A stretch of 64,000 nucleotides of DNA, taken from positions 227,972 through 291,971 of the forward strand of contig JBNGIO010006285.1 of the NCBI GenBank assembly GCA_049999805.1. Reading direction: 5' to 3'. The stretch is from Folioceros fuciformis. Its lineage: Eukaryota. Position numbers and translations under genes: made by a program. Within the stretch, counting starts at the first letter, position 1, and each line of letters opens with the position of its first letter. The notes below the pieces were generated by a model. It was not told the DNA's origin and searched no databases. It worked only from the letters and a program-made list of their open reading frames with translations. Below, piece by piece: positions 61,778-64,000 of the stretch.

Positions 61778-62899
61778 TTACTTACTGCTATAATACTCTA
61801 ATATTCTACCATAAAGTAACTGCTTTAATTCATGTTGGGACAAATCGGCTAATCCAAGAATCTCAAACTGGGACCACACCTTGGACCAAGCATCTACACC
61901 ACAAGTTTTTTGTTCTTGAGCTCCCACTTCAAAACAAGATTGTAACAAAACCTCTTTAGCTATGATGACTAAGTTGGAACTACAAGTCTTCAGTCCTTCC
62001 TTCTTTCCAAAAAAGGGATGTCTCAAAGCTTCTTCAGCTGTGATAGCTTTTTGCTTACTTTTCACAGAAAGAAGATGGAGTAGTGATACAACCATAGGAT
62101 CAGCTACACGACATCTATCTTTATGATATCTTGTAATGTTTGTCTTCAAATCTACTTCAACTGGATATGCACTTGATAATATTTCCTCGAAGATGCTAGC
62201 TACATCCCAAATATCAATGAAGGAGTGTTTTAAAGACGTCTTTGGCACACCATAAGCTTGAGGTCCTAAGTGAAAATCTAGTGATGGATGGAGATAGTAC
62301 CCATTAGTTGGCATGGCTCGAGCTAACCCAAAATCACATATTTTAAGTAAACCGTTAGAGTTTACTAGTATGTTGCTGGACTTCAAATCTATGTGGACAA
62401 CATTCATGGAATGCAAATACTGTACTCCTGAAAGGATTTGGTAGAGGAAATCTCGTTGTTCATCTGTAGATAAATTTGAGTCGTTTAGCACTGCAGAAAG
62501 ATCATTAGCCATGAGTTCCGTCACTATGTACACATCATCAAAATCTTCGTTTGGTGGAAGAAATACATCTTTGAATTGAACAACATGTTCGTGTCTTAAT
62601 GATTGAAGTAAGGCTAGTTCTCGGAAGGTGCTTAGAATTATGTCTCGATTGTTGAAGAGATGTATGCGTTTGATGGCCACATTTTCTCCTCTTGTCAAGT
62701 CTTCAGCAGCATATACCATTCCGAAAGCTCCCTGACCTAAATATTTCATCACATGGTATGATGATTGAATACCATAATTAGGAAAATAAGAACCAATTGG
62801 TTCGCTGTAATTACTCATCACCTTTCCAGTAACAAGCATATGATTAAGAAAGAGTGCAGTATATGCAATAACAATCGTCAGCATGTAAAAACCCTTCAT
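61778..62899 (-). CDS. Divergent MAP-kinase-like protein with a hydrophobic N-terminus; intronless
   Basis: GQGAFG, VAIKRI, TFREL, 'DFDDVYIVTELMANDL', 'FLYQIL.G..YLHS.NV.HIDLKSSN', 'LKICDFGLAR' and 'ITAEEALRHPF'. No TxY or APE motif. Confidence 0.9.
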   Translation of the reverse strand: MKGFYMLTIVIAYTALFLNHMLVTGKVMSNYSEPIGSYFPNYGIQSSYHVMKYLGQGAFGMVYAAEDLTRGENVAIKRIHLFNNRDIILSTFRELALLQSLRHEHVVQFKDVFLPPNEDFDDVYIVTELMANDLSAVLNDSNLSTDEQRDFLYQILSGVQYLHSMNVVHIDLKSSNILVNSNGLLKICDFGLARAMPTNGYYLHPSLDFHLGPQAYGVPKTSLKHSFIDIWDVASIFEEILSSAYPVEVDLKTNITRYHKDRCRVADPMVVSLLHLLSVKSKQKAITAEEALRHPFFGKKEGLKTCSSNLVIIAKEVLLQSCFEVGAQEQKTCGVDAWSKVWSQFEILGLADLSQHELKQLLYGRILEYYSSK

Positions 62900-62944
62900 T
62901 TTAATAAGTGAACTTTAGACTTGAGAAGACAAAGTTTTAACTAG

Positions 62945-62954
62945 TTTTATATAA
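62945..62954 (-). promoter_or_regulatory. Putative TATA box of the MAPK-like gene
   Basis: TATATAAA on the minus strand, about 50 bp upstream of the ATG at 62899. Confidence 0.45.
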
Positions 62955-63084
62955 AGGGATTCAAGCGAGGTAGGAAACGGCACAATACCAATGGGCCATA
63001 TATACTATACACCAATGGTCCATATATAGTATATAATAATTCTTGAATTCGAATGATTTGTATAGGCAGGATTCACGCGATTTC

Positions 63085-63116
63085 CAACCCTAAACTCTAA
63101 ACCATAAACCCTAAAT
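63085..63116. repeat. Short degenerate plant telomere-like tract (CCCTAAA, ~4 units)
   Basis: AACCCTAAACTCTAAACCATAAACCCTAAA. Confidence 0.6.
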
Positions 63117-63193
63117 TCGAGCCTGTGCCTTTATGGCTTCCTGCGCCTAAGGAGTCTAGCAGAAAAGCAGTTAAGTGGATTTGAGGACTGTCT

Positions 63194-64000
63194 TCAGTGC
63201 CGGTCCATACAAGAACAGAACCCGCCCAGGAATCGATGAACTCGATGTGCATCCCTCACTATGATCTCCCGCTTCTCAAGCCGTGACATGATCTTGGTGC
63301 TGCTATGGCAGTCATCACACATGCGAAGATTTTTGGTAACTAGTAAAGTGGCGCCGTCTGCTGTATGCAGCAGGCCGTACGCCAACGCCAGTTTCTCGGC
63401 ATGTCCACAGAGGGCATTCTCCTTTACCTGCTCACACCATGCGTTCAACACTAGCTCTGTTTGTGGCACATGGCCTCCTTCCTCCTTCAGCCTCGCATTC
63501 ACACTCCTCGACTTACACACAACGTCAGGCCTTCCTTCTCCTACTGTGAACTCATGCACCTCGTTCTTCACTTCGATGCATGCCTTTGCAGGCTTCTTCA
63601 TGGCACCTGCCGACTTTCTCAAGCTCTCTATCCTTTCTGCATCGTGCCACCTGCCTGCTCTGGCATAGATGCTCCCCAGTAGGATGTACGCACTCGCATC
63701 ATCTGCTTCCAGTTCTACAAGACGGTCGAAGCATCGTCTTCCACGCTCTACATCACCGTAGCTTTTGCAAGCACTCAGCAAAGCTGTCCAGGCAACAACG
63801 TCGTTCACAAATAGCCTGCTTCGCACCATGTTTTCAGCCTCACGCAGTTTTCCTGACCGCCCAAGAAGATCAACCATGCAGCTGTGGTGATAATCAGTAG
63901 GCACAATCCCGCCGCGTTCTACCATCATCTTGAAATAATGCTGGCCTTCGTGCACCAGGCCCGCGTGACTGCATGCCACAAAGAGACAGATGTAGGTAGT
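63194..64000 (-). CDS. PPR-E-DYW:KP ('KPAxA...DRH') protein, 3' part only; candidate U-to-C RNA-editing deaminase-family enzyme
   Basis: L2-S2-E1-E2, then 'KKPAKACIEVKNEVHEFTVGE', 'LCGHAEKLALAYGLL', 'KNLRMCDDCH' and 'DAHRVHRFLGGFCSCMDRH*'. The gene continues past the window end. Confidence 0.95.
   Translation of the reverse strand, partial: TTYICLFVACSHAGLVHEGQHYFKMMVERGGIVPTDYHHSCMVDLLGRSGKLREAENMVRSRLFVNDVVAWTALLSACKSYGDVERGRRCFDRLVELEADDASAYILLGSIYARAGRWHDAERIESLRKSAGAMKKPAKACIEVKNEVHEFTVGEGRPDVVCKSRSVNARLKEEGGHVPQTELVLNAWCEQVKENALCGHAEKLALAYGLLHTADGATLLVTKNLRMCDDCHSSTKIMSRLEKREIIVRDAHRVHRFLGGFCSCMDRH

Overview
Eukaryotic land-plant nuclear DNA with short spliceosomal introns and four 10-N assembly gaps. 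It is most likely a hornwort (Anthoceros-like). This is an inference from the DYW:KP 'DRH'-type PPR protein, the WW-type PG box, the lengthened L motifs and the very compact gene spacing. A gene-dense core (7-47 kb) holds IRX14-like GT43, a SWO1/G2484-1-like Agenet protein, RPS26, a PLS-E+ PPR, ELM1, NDUFA1, a TFIIIC subunit-6-like gene, RRP41, a DUF3727-like gene, ZNF830/ARS1-like, ABCF1 and THADA. Transposon debris flanks this core: an RLE-type non-LTR element, a Harbinger pair, a pogo/Tc1-like MITE, a Copia element with a nested LINE, and satellites. The most interesting part is the right end (58-64 kb), with three minus-strand genes. One is a PPR-DYW:KP gene (KPAKA / HAEK / CxxCH / DRH), a candidate U-to-C 'reverse' RNA-editing enzyme. 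One is a WW-type PPR with five elongated L motifs and a 1-nt frameshift in its E+ region. Between them lies an intronless, AT-rich MAP-kinase derivative that has a signal-peptide-like N-terminus and lacks the TxY activation motif. Exon boundaries were read by eye and product calls rest on recognised motifs; no database search was run.
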